IMG/VR virus record: IMGVR_UViG_645058824_000001
Span: 18,138 to 82,137 of that record
Direction: 5' to 3' (one strand)
Source: a virus
Lineage: Duplodnaviria > Caudoviricetes
DNA: 64,000 nt
Positions 45,983-56,241 of the stretch are shown in pieces (within the stretch, counting starts at the first letter, position 1; every line of letters begins with the position of its first letter). The notes under the pieces are model-generated. The model saw only the letters and a program-made list of their open reading frames with translations. It did not search any database and was not told the origin of the DNA. Both the position numbers and the translations under genes were made by a program.

Positions 45983-47145
45983 CAGGCGGCCTCCGCGGTC
46001 GGCTCTGCGGCGGGCATCGGGATGCCGGTCGCGGCGGACACGACGTGCGCGGCCAGCAGCGGCGGCACAGCGTTGCCAACCTGCTCGAAGGCCTTCGTCT
46101 TCGTGCCCTGGAACGGGTAGTCGGGCCGGAACGACTGGAGGACCGCGGCTTCGGTGACGGCGATGCGGACGGTGTCGGGGCTGGCGAACTGGGACTCACC
46201 GCCGGCGTCGCGGTTACGGTGGCCGGGCGGGGAGATCCGGTTCGTGGCGCACACCGTGGTGGCCGGGCGCTTGAGGACCCACTGACCGCCGGCCTTGGAC
46301 GTGAAGGCCGGGGCCGGTGCGATGTACGGGTCGGCGGTCTGCCAGCTGCCGTCGGCGCGCTGGTCGCGGTTCGTGTGCAGCACCCACGAGCGGGTCTTCT
46401 CAGTGAGCGCCCACGACGGCCGGTCGGCGGGGAACTCGTTCCCGCCAGCGGTCTTCCGGTCCCCGCGGGTGTTCACCGTGAGGCCCTCCGTCCAGCCGAG
46501 GGCCTCGGCCATGGACACCCACGGCTTCAGGCACTCGCCGAACAGGTCCCACTCCGGCGCCTTCGCGTGCGTCGGGTCCGGGGCGGTCACCTTGCGGGTG
46601 CGGGAGGCGATGAGGATGGCCCGCTGCCTCGTCTGCGGCACCCCGTAGTCCGCGGCGTTCAGGACCCCGGTCCAGGTGCTGTAGCCCCAGCCGCGGAGGA
46701 CGTCGGCGTACTGCTTCCACAGCGGCAGCACGTCGGGGACCTCCTCCATGCACACCCACTCGGGCCGCAGGTCGTGCAGCCACCGCATCGGCTCCGCCGC
46801 CAGCAGGGACCGCTCGTCCTTGCACTGGGCAAGCAGCTCGGCGCGGGTGTCCCGGCCGGCGGCGAGATCGCGGACGGCCTGGTGCACCAGCGGCTGGTCC
46901 TTGAGGCCGCCGCGCTTTCCGGCACGCGACCAGGCCTGGCAGGGCGGGGAGGCGATCAGGCCCTTGATGCGGCCGGCGAACGGCACGGTCGGGTAGGCGG
47001 CGACGTCGCACTGGATGGTGGCGTGGCCGGCGGCGTGCGCCGTCTTGCAAGCCGCGGTGTCCCACTCCAGGCCGACGTCCGACAGGCCGAGCAGGCGCAG
47101 GCCCTCGGACCAGCCGCGCGGCCCGCTGAAGAGATCCACGATCAT
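45982..47145 (-). CDS. DNA (cytosine-5) methyltransferase
   Basis: DLFSGPRG (I), SPPCQ (IV), EEV (VI), NAADYGVPQTRQR (VIII), QVGNAV (X). Confidence 0.9.
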   Translation of the reverse strand: MIVDLFSGPRGWSEGLRLLGLSDVGLEWDTAACKTAHAAGHATIQCDVAAYPTVPFAGRIKGLIASPPCQAWSRAGKRGGLKDQPLVHQAVRDLAAGRDTRAELLAQCKDERSLLAAEPMRWLHDLRPEWVCMEEVPDVLPLWKQYADVLRGWGYSTWTGVLNAADYGVPQTRQRAILIASRTRKVTAPDPTHAKAPEWDLFGECLKPWVSMAEALGWTEGLTVNTRGDRKTAGGNEFPADRPSWALTEKTRSWVLHTNRDQRADGSWQTADPYIAPAPAFTSKAGGQWVLKRPATTVCATNRISPPGHRNRDAGGESQFASPDTVRIAVTEAAVLQSFRPDYPFQGTKTKAFEQVGNAVPPLLAAHVVSAATGIPMPAAEPTAEAA

Positions 47146-47333
47146 GCGGCACCGCCCTGCTTGCGCAGCCTGGCGATGATCTGCAGGAGTTCGCGCTCCA
47201 GCCGGTCCTGGTCGGCCTGGTCCGGGTAGTACCGGTCCAGCTCCCACATGTTCAGTGCGGCACCCAGCCCTTCGGCCGCAAGCCGGTGCGCGTGACGGCG
47301 GATCTCCTGGCTGCGGGTCTTCTCGTCGCTCAC
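47142..47333 (-). CDS. Hypothetical protein
   Basis: Coupled ORF. Confidence 0.55.
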   Translation of the reverse strand: MSDEKTRSQEIRRHAHRLAAEGLGAALNMWELDRYYPDQADQDRLERELLQIIARLRKQGGAA

Positions 47334-47605
47334 GCGGCGCTCCCTTCCTGGGGTTGGTGGGTGGTGCCGGGGTTGCCGCCGCACTTGGCGCACGTGCACA
47401 CGGCCGGCGGCGGAGTCGGACCAGAAGCGGCCGTACCGAGCGGCCAACCGCCGACGTGCGCGATCCGGTAGCCCGGATCCGGGACCGCGGACAGGGCCGG
47501 CTTGGCGGGCTTGACCGGGGTGCGGCCGACGAGGGACAGCAGGTAGTCCTTCAGGTCGCCCTGCTCGCGGAGAGCGGCGATGTCTTCTGCGGTGAGTTCG
47601 GCCAT
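47330..47605 (-). CDS. Hypothetical protein
   Basis: Follows dnaB. Confidence 0.6.
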   Translation of the reverse strand: MAELTAEDIAALREQGDLKDYLLSLVGRTPVKPAKPALSAVPDPGYRIAHVGGWPLGTAASGPTPPPAVCTCAKCGGNPGTTHQPQEGSAA

Positions 47606-47606
47606 G

Positions 47607-48971
47607 TCAGCTCTCCGCCATGTCCACGAACCGGGCATAGTGGCCTTGGAAGGCGACGGTGATGGTGGCCATCGGCCCGCCCCGGTGCTTACCGACGATC
47701 ACGTCGGCCTCGCCTGCTCGAGGGCTCTCCCGCTCGTACACATCCGGCCGGTGCAGCAGGATCACGATGTCGGCATCCTGCTCGATCGCCCCGGACTCCC
47801 GCAGGTCCGACACCATCGGCACCTTGTCCTGGCGCTGCTCGGGGCCGCGGTTCAGCTGGGCGAGCACGATGATCGTGATGCCGAACTCCTTGGCCATCAC
47901 CTTCAGCGCGCGGGAGATCATCGATACGGCGACCTGCCGGGACTCGGCCGGCGGCGCCTGCATCAGTTGCAGGTAGTCGACGATGACGACCTTCAGGCCG
48001 ATCGTGCGGACCAGGTTGCGGATCGCGGCCCGCAGGCTCGGCAGGGTCAGGTAGGCGTTGTCGTCGATCTTCAGCGGGGCCGCGGCCATCTCCGGGAGCC
48101 TCGCCGCGGCCCGCGCCACCGCCGTGTCGTCGACGATGCCCTGCTTCACGTGGTGCAGGGCGATCTTCACTTCGCCGCACAGGATCGTCGTGGCGAGCTC
48201 TTTGTTGCTCATCTCGAGCGACCAGATCGCCGTCGGGATGCCGTTCTTCAGCGCCGCAGCACGGGCGAACCCGGCGGCCAGTGTCGTCTTGCCCATCGCC
48301 GGGCGCGCCGCGACGACGACCAACTGGCCGGGCGCCCAACCGCCGGAGAGCGTCTTGTCCAGGTCGATGAAGCCGGTCGGCACCCGGTCCTCGATGGACG
48401 GCTTCGTCGTCGCCTGCTCGATCACGTCCGGCAGCAGGTCACCCAAGTCGACCATCTGCGACTGGCCGGCAGGCTTCGCCAGGTTGTCGATCTCCGTCTG
48501 GATCGCGGCCAGGTCCGTGCCCGGGTCGAACGCCGGATTGCTGAACCGGACGTGCATGTTGGCGCTCAACGCCCGGCCGCGGGCAGCGATCGCACCACGG
48601 GTGACCTCGTTCGCCCAGTACGCGGCAGCGCCCGGGTTGGCAGCCATGTACAGGTCGCCGAGTTCGTTCTCCGTGAACGGTCGCGCGATCATGCGGCCTT
48701 CGGCGTGCCACACCTGAAGCCTGCGGGCGACGGCCTGCCAGCGGATCGCCGACGCGGACAGGGTGGCGGCGAGGTCTTCGACGGCGTACCAGATCATCCG
48801 GTAGCGCTCGTCGCCGATGTCGGCGGGGTCGAAGCCCTTGCTGGCCATGTCGTCGACGCAAGCGGGGTCGGCCATGGCGGTGGCGGCGAGGATGCGTTCG
48901 GCTTCCACGTTGCCGGCCGGGTTGAGCGCGGCGGCCTCGTCGGGGCCCCACACGTCGATGTCGGTAGTCAC
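47607..48971 (-). CDS. dnaB: DnaB-like replicative helicase
   Basis: AARPAMGKT, SLEMS, IVDYLQLM, LAQLNR, DLRESGAIEQDAD, KHRGGP. Confidence 0.95.
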   Translation of the reverse strand: MTTDIDVWGPDEAAALNPAGNVEAERILAATAMADPACVDDMASKGFDPADIGDERYRMIWYAVEDLAATLSASAIRWQAVARRLQVWHAEGRMIARPFTENELGDLYMAANPGAAAYWANEVTRGAIAARGRALSANMHVRFSNPAFDPGTDLAAIQTEIDNLAKPAGQSQMVDLGDLLPDVIEQATTKPSIEDRVPTGFIDLDKTLSGGWAPGQLVVVAARPAMGKTTLAAGFARAAALKNGIPTAIWSLEMSNKELATTILCGEVKIALHHVKQGIVDDTAVARAAARLPEMAAAPLKIDDNAYLTLPSLRAAIRNLVRTIGLKVVIVDYLQLMQAPPAESRQVAVSMISRALKVMAKEFGITIIVLAQLNRGPEQRQDKVPMVSDLRESGAIEQDADIVILLHRPDVYERESPRAGEADVIVGKHRGGPMATITVAFQGHYARFVDMAES

Positions 48972-49366
48972 TGGTTCTCCAGGGGAAGTTCGGTCTGCTG
49001 GCCGGTGCGGGCGCCCTTGATGGCGGCGCAGCGGCGGCACGGCTCGTCGAAGTGGATGGGGCCGGAGCCCATGGCCCACGCCTTCTGGGCCTTGACGTGG
49101 TCGGCGAGGGTGCCGTGGGCGGCCATGTCGTCGATGGCCTCGTCGGTCAGCAGCGGCTCGTCGAGCGGGACGTGGCAGCCGCAGGGGCAGCCGGGCTCGC
49201 CGGGGAGACCGAGGGCGACGAGGTGCGCCCAGCAGGCGTGGTGCTTGTGCTGGCGGCAGGCCGGGCAGATCGTCGTCTTCTCGCCGAACGGGACAACGAC
49301 CTTCCCGGGCCGAAGCTCGGACTCCTGCGCGCGGTAGCCGCGACTGCGGCCGGCCCCGCGGGTCAC
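48968..49366 (-). CDS. Hypothetical Cys/His protein
   Basis: Coupled ORF. Confidence 0.55.
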   Translation of the reverse strand: MTRGAGRSRGYRAQESELRPGKVVVPFGEKTTICPACRQHKHHACWAHLVALGLPGEPGCPCGCHVPLDEPLLTDEAIDDMAAHGTLADHVKAQKAWAMGSGPIHFDEPCRRCAAIKGARTGQQTELPLENQ

Positions 49367-49983
49367 GCGGCTGCCCCCTGCCGCCGGTCGGGGCCCTCGA
49401 GGAGGACGATGCTGTCGCCGCACATCTCGGTGAGGCGGGAAGCGACTCGCGGCCCGGTCACCTCGGACAGCTGATTGGGCAGCACGTCGCAGGTGATGAT
49501 CACGGGGCGGCGGCGGATGTACCGCTCGTCGAAGATCTCGAACAGCCGCTCCTGCGTCCACGACGACGGCCGGGCTGCGGCCAGGTCGTCGATGAACAGC
49601 AGGTCGACCTTCTGCAGCTTCTTCGACAGGGCCCGCCCCTCCCCCTCGGGGGCGTCCGGACGAAGCGCATCGAACAGTGCCGTCGACCGGAACGTCTTGA
49701 TGACCGGGGAGCCCTGCCACGGCTGGCCCGGCCCGTACTGCGCCTCGAGCCAACGGCGGCACGTCTTCCATGCGGTGTGCGTCTTGCCGACACCGATCGC
49801 TCCGGTGAGGAACAGGCTGTACCCGCCCCAGCCGGCGATCCAGTCGTGGACCTGCTGCGGCAGCTCGATCGGCCGGCGGTAGATGTCCGGGGTTTCGTCG
49901 TCGAACCGGTTGAGCGCGATCGAAGCGCGCTCCAGCAGGAACGACTCGCGCGGGCTGAGCTCGTCAGGCGAACTTGAGGGCAT
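49363..49983 (-). CDS. DnaC/IstB-like helicase loader ATPase
   Basis: GAIGVGKTH, LLFIDDL, IFDERY...RVASRL. Confidence 0.9.
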   Translation of the reverse strand: MPSSSPDELSPRESFLLERASIALNRFDDETPDIYRRPIELPQQVHDWIAGWGGYSLFLTGAIGVGKTHTAWKTCRRWLEAQYGPGQPWQGSPVIKTFRSTALFDALRPDAPEGEGRALSKKLQKVDLLFIDDLAAARPSSWTQERLFEIFDERYIRRRPVIITCDVLPNQLSEVTGPRVASRLTEMCGDSIVLLEGPDRRQGAAA

Positions 49984-51028
49984 CCTTCTTCTCCTCTGCG
50001 GTCATGTCGCGGGGTGCGGTGGACGGGCCCTGGTGGGCCGGCTTGGTGTTCATGGCTTGGTTCACGAAGGTGGGGATCGCCGACGGGGCGTAGGCCTTGG
50101 TCATCCAGAGGGCGAGGCCGCCGCGGATGTCGTCGGGGGCGATGCCTTCGTCGAGGAGCTTCTTGATCTGTGCGGAGACCTGGCCGATGACGGCCTTCGG
50201 GGGGCGCTTGTTCATCCGGTCCAGCCACTCGCCGACGATCGTCTGCGCTGTGATCGGCTTGCCCTCGTTGCTCGCACCGTCAGGTGCGCCGACGGAGTCG
50301 GCATCGACGATGCCGAACTGCTGCTGCTCCCCGACCTCAGCCGAAACATTGGTGGGGGCAGGGGCAGGGGAAGGGGAAGGGGAATGCGCGTGTGACGCGG
50401 GCGCGCGCCCGCGCGTAGAGGCTTTCGGACCCCCCTCGATAGGGGGTTGCGAAGGGGTATCGGAGGGGGTTCCCGAAGGGGGTGCGGAGGGGGTTCCGTA
50501 CCCCCTTCCGTTCGGGTCAGTGGGAGGGTTGCCGAACGCCTTCCGCAGGGTCTCGATGTGCTCGACAACCTGCTGCCGGTTCGACGGGCCTTGGGTGCCG
50601 TCGCGCCTCTTCGTCGGCTCGTCGCTGAGCTCCTCGAGCGGGACACGATCCATCTCGGCGAGGAGTGCGTGCCGCAGCCGCCACGAGGAGATCTCGAGCG
50701 CGCCGGACACCATGGCGCCCATGACCTTCGGCTGCTTCCACACGCCGTCGTTGCGGACGAAGGAACGGATGAGGAGTTCCTCGGTGTCCTCGTCCATGAC
50801 GATGAAGCGGGCGTCCTCGAGGCCCTGGAGGAGCTTCTCCAGTTCGGCCGAGGTGAGGCCGCGGGCCTTGCGGGACCAGCGGCGCAGCGTTAGGTCGAGC
50901 AGGCCGGCGTGATTCAGGTTCGGCTGCGAGATCAGGAACAGGTAGAGCCGCTGGTGCCGCTCGTCGAGGGCGAGGAAGTCGCCGTCGTCCCAGATGCTCG
51001 TCAGGATGCGTCCGTGTCCGCGAGCCAT
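49964..51028 (-). CDS. Phage replication initiator (N-terminal wHTH, Pro-rich linker)
   Basis: ILTSIWDD...QRLYLFLISQP; upstream of loader and helicase. Confidence 0.75.
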   Translation of the reverse strand: MARGHGRILTSIWDDGDFLALDERHQRLYLFLISQPNLNHAGLLDLTLRRWSRKARGLTSAELEKLLQGLEDARFIVMDEDTEELLIRSFVRNDGVWKQPKVMGAMVSGALEISSWRLRHALLAEMDRVPLEELSDEPTKRRDGTQGPSNRQQVVEHIETLRKAFGNPPTDPNGRGYGTPSAPPSGTPSDTPSQPPIEGGPKASTRGRAPASHAHSPSPSPAPAPTNVSAEVGEQQQFGIVDADSVGAPDGASNEGKPITAQTIVGEWLDRMNKRPPKAVIGQVSAQIKKLLDEGIAPDDIRGGLALWMTKAYAPSAIPTFVNQAMNTKPAHQGPSTAPRDMTAEEKKDALKFA

Positions 51029-51105
51029 GAGTGGTTGTCCTTCGAGGTGAGTGCTGATAGGGGGCTCGGTAGAGGGGGCGAGCCCTCAGGGCGGCTTCCG
51101 TCGCT

Positions 51106-51672
51106 CTACGTGGGCTTCGAGAGGAGTTCGATCAGCCGTGCCCTCTGCCTGTCGGTGAGGTGACGCCGCAGCTTGGCGGCGGCTTCTGTCATCGACCGGT
51201 CCAGCCGGACGACGAGCGTCTTTCGTGGCGCGACCGGCATGTACGCCCGGTCCTTGACGTGGTAGGTCCGGCGTGACGCGATGTACCGGTCGGCCTGCTC
51301 GAACTCTTCCGGCGTGGGCTGCTCGAACGCGGCAAGGTGGTAGGCCCGCGCCTTGTCCGCCCACGGCAGCGAGGCGGGCCCCCATGCCGCAGACCTGTCG
51401 TGCCGCGCCATGACCGAGTTGCAGCGATCGCAGATCAGTCCGCGGACGAAGAAGAGGCCAGCGCCTTCGAAGTGATCGATGACGAGAGCCCTGCGCGGGG
51501 TCTCCTCCTCGGGTGTTCCGCACAGTTCGCACCGGCCAGCTGCACGGGCAAGCAGCCTGTCGAAGTCGTCGCAGGTCATCCCGTACTTCTGGAAGTGGTT
51601 GCAGGTGTTTCCTGGCGTGGCGTGGCGTGTCTCGGTACGCCTGTTGGGTACAGGCGAGATCTCCGCTGTCAT
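51106..51672 (-). CDS. Endonuclease VII-like nuclease (paralogue of 39527..39934)
   Basis: YGMTCDDF...CELCG...LVIDH...VRGLICDRCN. Confidence 0.8.
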   Translation of the reverse strand: MTAEISPVPNRRTETRHATPGNTCNHFQKYGMTCDDFDRLLARAAGRCELCGTPEEETPRRALVIDHFEGAGLFFVRGLICDRCNSVMARHDRSAAWGPASLPWADKARAYHLAAFEQPTPEEFEQADRYIASRRTYHVKDRAYMPVAPRKTLVVRLDRSMTEAAAKLRRHLTDRQRARLIELLSKPT

Positions 51673-51753
51673 GAGTATGAGAATAGCGTTCGCGGTCCGC
51701 GTTCACAATGCGCGGTGGCGTAGCGCGGTGACACAGAGTTGTGCCACCATGTG

Positions 51754-52015
51754 CGACATGGACCTGGACGAGCTGGACGAGAGGATCGTGGCCGCGACGA
51801 AGAGGCGGATCCGCGCCGAGAACGCCTTCCACGCAGCCGACGCCGAACTGCGCGAGCTGCTGATCGAAGGCCGCGCGGCCGGCAAGGGACCGTCCCACAT
51901 GGCCAAGCTCACCGGCTTCACCCGCGAGTGGGTCGCGAAGATCGCGCCCGGCACCGATTCGAAGAAGCGTGTCGTCCGTGTTCCTCGCCGTAAGCCGGCC
52001 GACTCCGACGACTGA
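51754..52015 (+). CDS. Small HTH protein
   Basis: GPSHMAKLTGFTREWVAKIA. Confidence 0.7.
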
Positions 52016-52228
52016 CATCCGTCCCCTCCTCTCTCTCCTCCGGGGCCCCGCGGTTGCGGGGCCCTTTGTCGTGCGGGTAGATCTTTGGTTGGCGCTGTTC
52101 TTGATCACGACGTGCGTCGGATTTGCATCGCGGTCGACGTGCGCTAATCCCGTGTCTCGTCGTGCTGGTCGGGGGCCGGCCGCGGCGTGAGAGCCGTCAG
52201 CCGGGTGCGACGGAGATCACACGGCCGG

Positions 52229-52477
52229 TCACGCGGCTTCCTCGAGCTGCTGTTCATGGCGGCGTTCGCGTCGGGTTTTGCCGGCCCACATGCCGTCGAT
52301 GCCGAGGCCGCGTTCCTCGAGCCAGTCGGCGTGGGCTTCGCAGGCGGCGAGGACGGGGCATCGCTGGCAGATGCGGCGGGCTTTGGTGTAGCCGCCGCCT
52401 GTGGGGACGTCGGTCCACAGGTGGGGGTCGGTCTGTGCGCAGAGAGCCTCGTCGAGCCAGGAACGGTCGGCGCTCAT
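52229..52477 (-). CDS. WhiB-family Fe-S transcription factor
   Basis: C-x23-CxxC-x5-C plus GMWAG turn. Confidence 0.85.
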   Translation of the reverse strand: MSADRSWLDEALCAQTDPHLWTDVPTGGGYTKARRICQRCPVLAACEAHADWLEERGLGIDGMWAGKTRRERRHEQQLEEAA

Positions 52478-53313
52478 GCGGCGGCCTGCAGGTTGGCTTG
52501 GGCTGTGACGCGTCCTCGAGCGCGGACGACGGTCCGCTTGTGGCAGCCGAGTTCGTCGGCGATCTCCTGGGCGGTGCGGCCGGCCTTGGTGAGTTCGGCG
52601 ACGCGTGCCGGGTCGGCGTACACCTTCGGCCTGGCGCTCTCTTGCGCCCGGGACTTGCGGCTGGGCTCCGGCTTGCAGTCGGGGTTGTCGATGTCGTCCC
52701 AGTCGAGCGGCCCGTGCCATCCGAGGGCCGCGGCCCGCTTCCTGGCCTTGGTGCTGCTGCCAGCGACGGTGGACAACTTGGCGTATGCGCGGCGGACGCC
52801 GAGGTCTGTGGTGGCTTCGACGGTCTCGTAGCGGCCGTTGGCGACGTGGCTGATGGTGGAGGGGTCGAGGTTCGCGGCGGCGCCGATGGTGGCCGGGTTG
52901 TGGCCGATGGCGTAGAGGGCGCGGAGGCGCCGGATGGCCATGAAGGCTGGCCGATCGGCCCGGGTGTCGAACTCGGCGGGCTTGACGGCGAGGATGCGCA
53001 GGGCCCGGTCGCGCCTGCACTTCTTGCTGATGCCTCGGGCCAGGTAGGTGACGGTGTTGTTGGCGACTCCTGCTTGGCGTGCGATGCATGCGTAGCTCAT
53101 GCCGGATGCGTGCAGGGTCCTGATGTGCTCGACGACGGGCTCTGCCGGGTGGAGGGCGTCTTCGCCGCGCAGGCGGGCGAGGGCGCGAACCTTGCCGGCG
53201 CGGGCTTGTGCCTGGGTGCACTTGGGGCAGCGACACCCAGGCCAGGAGCCGTCGACCGGCCCGCGGTAGCGGTACTCAGTTCCGTGCGGCGGGATCCTCT
53301 TTGCGGTGGTCAC
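52474..53313 (-). CDS. Multi-HTH DNA-binding protein
   Basis: GMSYACIARQAGV; GRTAQEIADELGCHKRTV. Confidence 0.7.
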   Translation of the reverse strand: MTTAKRIPPHGTEYRYRGPVDGSWPGCRCPKCTQAQARAGKVRALARLRGEDALHPAEPVVEHIRTLHASGMSYACIARQAGVANNTVTYLARGISKKCRRDRALRILAVKPAEFDTRADRPAFMAIRRLRALYAIGHNPATIGAAANLDPSTISHVANGRYETVEATTDLGVRRAYAKLSTVAGSSTKARKRAAALGWHGPLDWDDIDNPDCKPEPSRKSRAQESARPKVYADPARVAELTKAGRTAQEIADELGCHKRTVVRARGRVTAQANLQAAA

Positions 53314-53413
53314 GGCTTGGTCTCCTCTCGGCGTGCGGGCCGGGTGATGAGGGCGAAGGCGACTGCGGCGAGGCCAGTGGTGAGGCCGAGGCAGGCGAGG
53401 AAGAGGGCGGCGA

Positions 53414-53785
53414 TCATGCGGCCCGCCTTTCGGCTGCGCGTGCGGCGCGCTGGGCGGCTATGCGGTGGCCCTTGGCGGTGAGGGTCCAGACGGCGATGCG
53501 GTGGGCGTGGGTGTTGGCCTGGGTGGACGGCACCATGCGGTCGGTGTGCTGGATGATCCCGGCGGTGCGGAGGCTGTTGATGGCGGCGCCGAGGTAGCCG
53601 TGCCCCAACTCGGGGAGCACGTCGCGGAGGTCGTTGCAGGACCATTCGGCGTGCCGCTGGCCGAAGTGGAAGACGGCCTGCTCGACGATGTGCTGGTCCC
53701 ACACGGACTGGTCGGCTATCTCCTCGAGGAGGAAGTCCTTCTCGGCGGAGGCGAGACGCTCGGCGGGGGTGAGCTTGCGGGCCAT
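53414..53785 (-). CDS. Hypothetical (wHTH-like) protein
   Basis: AAGGAG RBS. Confidence 0.6.
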   Translation of the reverse strand: MARKLTPAERLASAEKDFLLEEIADQSVWDQHIVEQAVFHFGQRHAEWSCNDLRDVLPELGHGYLGAAINSLRTAGIIQHTDRMVPSTQANTHAHRIAVWTLTAKGHRIAAQRAARAAERRAA

Positions 53786-53871
53786 GGCGGGCTCCTTGAG
53801 GCTGTGGTGTGCTGGGTGGTGCCGGGGGCCGGGCCCTCTTGGGAGTGGGCCGGGCCCCCGGCAGCGAGCGG

Positions 53872-54648
53872 CTACTGCTCGGTGGGGGTGTCGGCCGCCG
53901 GTTCGGCGGCGAGCCAGGCGAGGAGCGGGGCGGCGATGTCACGGGCGCCGTTGGGCTTCTCGATGACCTTGCGGTTCAGGCCGGGGCAGCGGGACTTGAG
54001 GACTTCGAGCCGGTTGTCGATGTCCATCGAGACGGCGATGTCGAACTCGTACTCGATGCCCTTGCGCTGCTCGGGCCTGGTGCCGACCCGCTGCGGCTTG
54101 CCGTTCTCCAGCACCCACTCGGTGTAGGAGCGCATCGAGGCGACGACGTGGCCGGGGTAGGCGAGGATCGCGGCGACCATGTCGTTCTGGAGCGGGGTGC
54201 CGTCCTTCCATCCGGCGAACTTGTTGCCGCCGTACCTGCTGCTGGCCTTCTCGACCTGGTCGAGGGTGCCGTCGGTGCCCTTCCAGAAGTGGCTGAGGCT
54301 GTCGACGAACACGGTCGGGTAACCGGCCTGCGCGGCGGCGTCGAGGACGCGGATGAGGTCGCGGGGGTCGTAGCGGTCCATCGGGCAGGTGTCGAACTGG
54401 ATGCCGCCGATTCCGGCGTAGAGGCTGGCGGCGCCCTTCTCGGTGTCGATGACGGCGAACTTCTTGCCCTCGGAGAGGCCGTGGGCGATACCGAGGCCGG
54501 TCCAGGTCTTGCCGGAGCCGGACATGCCCTGGATGGACAGTCGGGCCTTGCGGCCGGCCTTGCTGGCGGGGCGGAACGCGATCTGCGGGGTGGAGCCGTT
54601 CTGCGTGGCGCGCGGGGCGGTCTGAATGGGCTTTCCGAGCTGGGACAT
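53872..54648 (-). CDS. Sak4-like AAA ATPase (ssDNA annealing)
   Basis: GMSGSGKT, VIDTE, FVDSLSHFW, EYEFD; next to the exonuclease. Confidence 0.8.
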   Translation of the reverse strand: MSQLGKPIQTAPRATQNGSTPQIAFRPASKAGRKARLSIQGMSGSGKTWTGLGIAHGLSEGKKFAVIDTEKGAASLYAGIGGIQFDTCPMDRYDPRDLIRVLDAAAQAGYPTVFVDSLSHFWKGTDGTLDQVEKASSRYGGNKFAGWKDGTPLQNDMVAAILAYPGHVVASMRSYTEWVLENGKPQRVGTRPEQRKGIEYEFDIAVSMDIDNRLEVLKSRCPGLNRKVIEKPNGARDIAAPLLAWLAAEPAADTPTEQ

Positions 54649-54658
54649 GCGGGTTCTC

Positions 54659-55501
54659 CTAGCGGTACTGGCGCTCGACCCAGGCGGGGAGCGAGATGAG
54701 CGGGGTGTTGATGTAGCCGGGCCATTCGCCGGCTTCGCGGCACAGGGCGTAGGTGTTGAGGGCGACCTCGTTGAGGTGGCGGCCGATGCCGCAGGCGGTC
54801 GAGTCGAGCTCGATCACCGAGACCAGGTAGGGCGGTTCCTTCTCCTGGAAGATGAACTTGAACGGGCAGACCAGCTCGGTCAGCCCGAACTCCAGGGCGC
54901 CGTCGCGGTAGTACTCCTGCTGCTGGTGGTAGCCGTATTCGAAGATGTGGTTGGACAGCTTCGAGGGATTCGCGGATCGACAGGACTTGTAGTCGACGAG
55001 GGTGCCGTCGTGGCGGGCCCAGTCGATGCGGATGCGGCGCCAGACTCCGCGGTCGTTCCAGATGATGGTGCGCTCTGCGGCGCCGCTGCCTGGCTTGAGG
55101 AGTTCGGCGGCCTCGGGGTGCTCTCGCAGGGCTTTCGCCATGGCGTGGACCTTGTCGAGGTCGCGCTGCTTGAGCGGGATCTTCCCGGCGGCCCGGATCT
55201 TCTTGATGCGCTCCTTGACCTCGTTGGTGTCCCAGCGGTCGCGGTCGACGAGGACGAGTTCGGGTCCGTCTTCGAGGACGACCTTGTGGGCGGCGGTGCC
55301 GAAGTCGAACTCCTTCTTGGCCGGCTCGGGGTTGTCGAGCCAGTGCTTGAAGGCGGCCGGGCACTGGGTGGCGAGCTTGCGGGCGCCGGTGGAGGAGAGG
55401 CTCCCGCCGGGGACGGGATCCGAGTGGTAGACCTCGGCCGGTATGTCGTACACGCCCGGCTCGACCTCGGCCGGCGCGTCGACCTCGACCGCGGCGGTCA
55501 C
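54659..55501 (-). CDS. RecE/Exo VIII-like PD-(D/E)xK exonuclease
   Basis: YHSDP...LSST...FGTAAH...RIDW...VDYKS...YGYHQQ. Confidence 0.85.
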   Translation of the reverse strand: MTAAVEVDAPAEVEPGVYDIPAEVYHSDPVPGGSLSSTGARKLATQCPAAFKHWLDNPEPAKKEFDFGTAAHKVVLEDGPELVLVDRDRWDTNEVKERIKKIRAAGKIPLKQRDLDKVHAMAKALREHPEAAELLKPGSGAAERTIIWNDRGVWRRIRIDWARHDGTLVDYKSCRSANPSKLSNHIFEYGYHQQQEYYRDGALEFGLTELVCPFKFIFQEKEPPYLVSVIELDSTACGIGRHLNEVALNTYALCREAGEWPGYINTPLISLPAWVERQYR

Positions 55502-56112
55502 TTCGCGCCGCCCGTGACTGCATCGAAGACGTCGCGGGCCCAGCGGGCGTCACCGAGGGCGGTGTGCGCGACGTCCTTGGCGGGCGGCTCGACGCCGACA
55601 GCGCGGGACAGGCCGTAGGAGCTGTACGGAAGCTGCGGGTAGTCGTCAGGGAAGAGGAAGTCGCCGCCGTAGGCGCCGGACGCGGCCTGCCCGTGCCGGT
55701 AGCCAGCGGCCAGGATGGCGATGTCGATGGTGCGGTAGTGCCAGGGCTTGGGGTGCCAGTAGTAGCGGCCGAAGATGTTGGCGATCATGTCGGCGTCGAA
55801 GGGCGGGTTCGAACCGATGAGGACCGTGCCGTCGAGGAGGCGGTACAGGTCGCGGGCGACGTCCTGCGGCTTGCCCCAGGTCCAGTCCTCCGTCTTGACG
55901 CGTTCGTGGTAGCGGTTGATCTCCAGCGCCTTGGGGTCGGCGTTGATGAGGTCGGGCTCCAGGTAGAACACGGACTCCTGGTCGGTTTCCCCCGGCTTGC
56001 GGAGGATGACGGCGATCTCCCATGCGTCGTGCTGGAAGGGGTCCAGGCCGGTGGTCTCGGTGTCGACGAACGCCAGTGGCGGCGACTGCTTTGTGTTGGT
56101 TTCGGTGGTCAT
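55498..56112 (-). CDS. DEDDh 3'-5' exonuclease (DnaQ-like)
   Basis: FVDTETTG, NPPFD, HTALGDA. Confidence 0.9.
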   Translation of the reverse strand: MTTETNTKQSPPLAFVDTETTGLDPFQHDAWEIAVILRKPGETDQESVFYLEPDLINADPKALEINRYHERVKTEDWTWGKPQDVARDLYRLLDGTVLIGSNPPFDADMIANIFGRYYWHPKPWHYRTIDIAILAAGYRHGQAASGAYGGDFLFPDDYPQLPYSSYGLSRAVGVEPPAKDVAHTALGDARWARDVFDAVTGGAK

Positions 56113-56241
56113 GTCCTTGACTTTCGGGTGTGCGGATGGTGGGCCGCCGCCCCGGGCGGGGGGGTGCCGCGGGGCGGCGGCCCTTCGGATGCCGCAGCGC
56201 GAGGGGAGCGCCAGCGGCCGGTATGGGAGTTGTGGTGCGGG

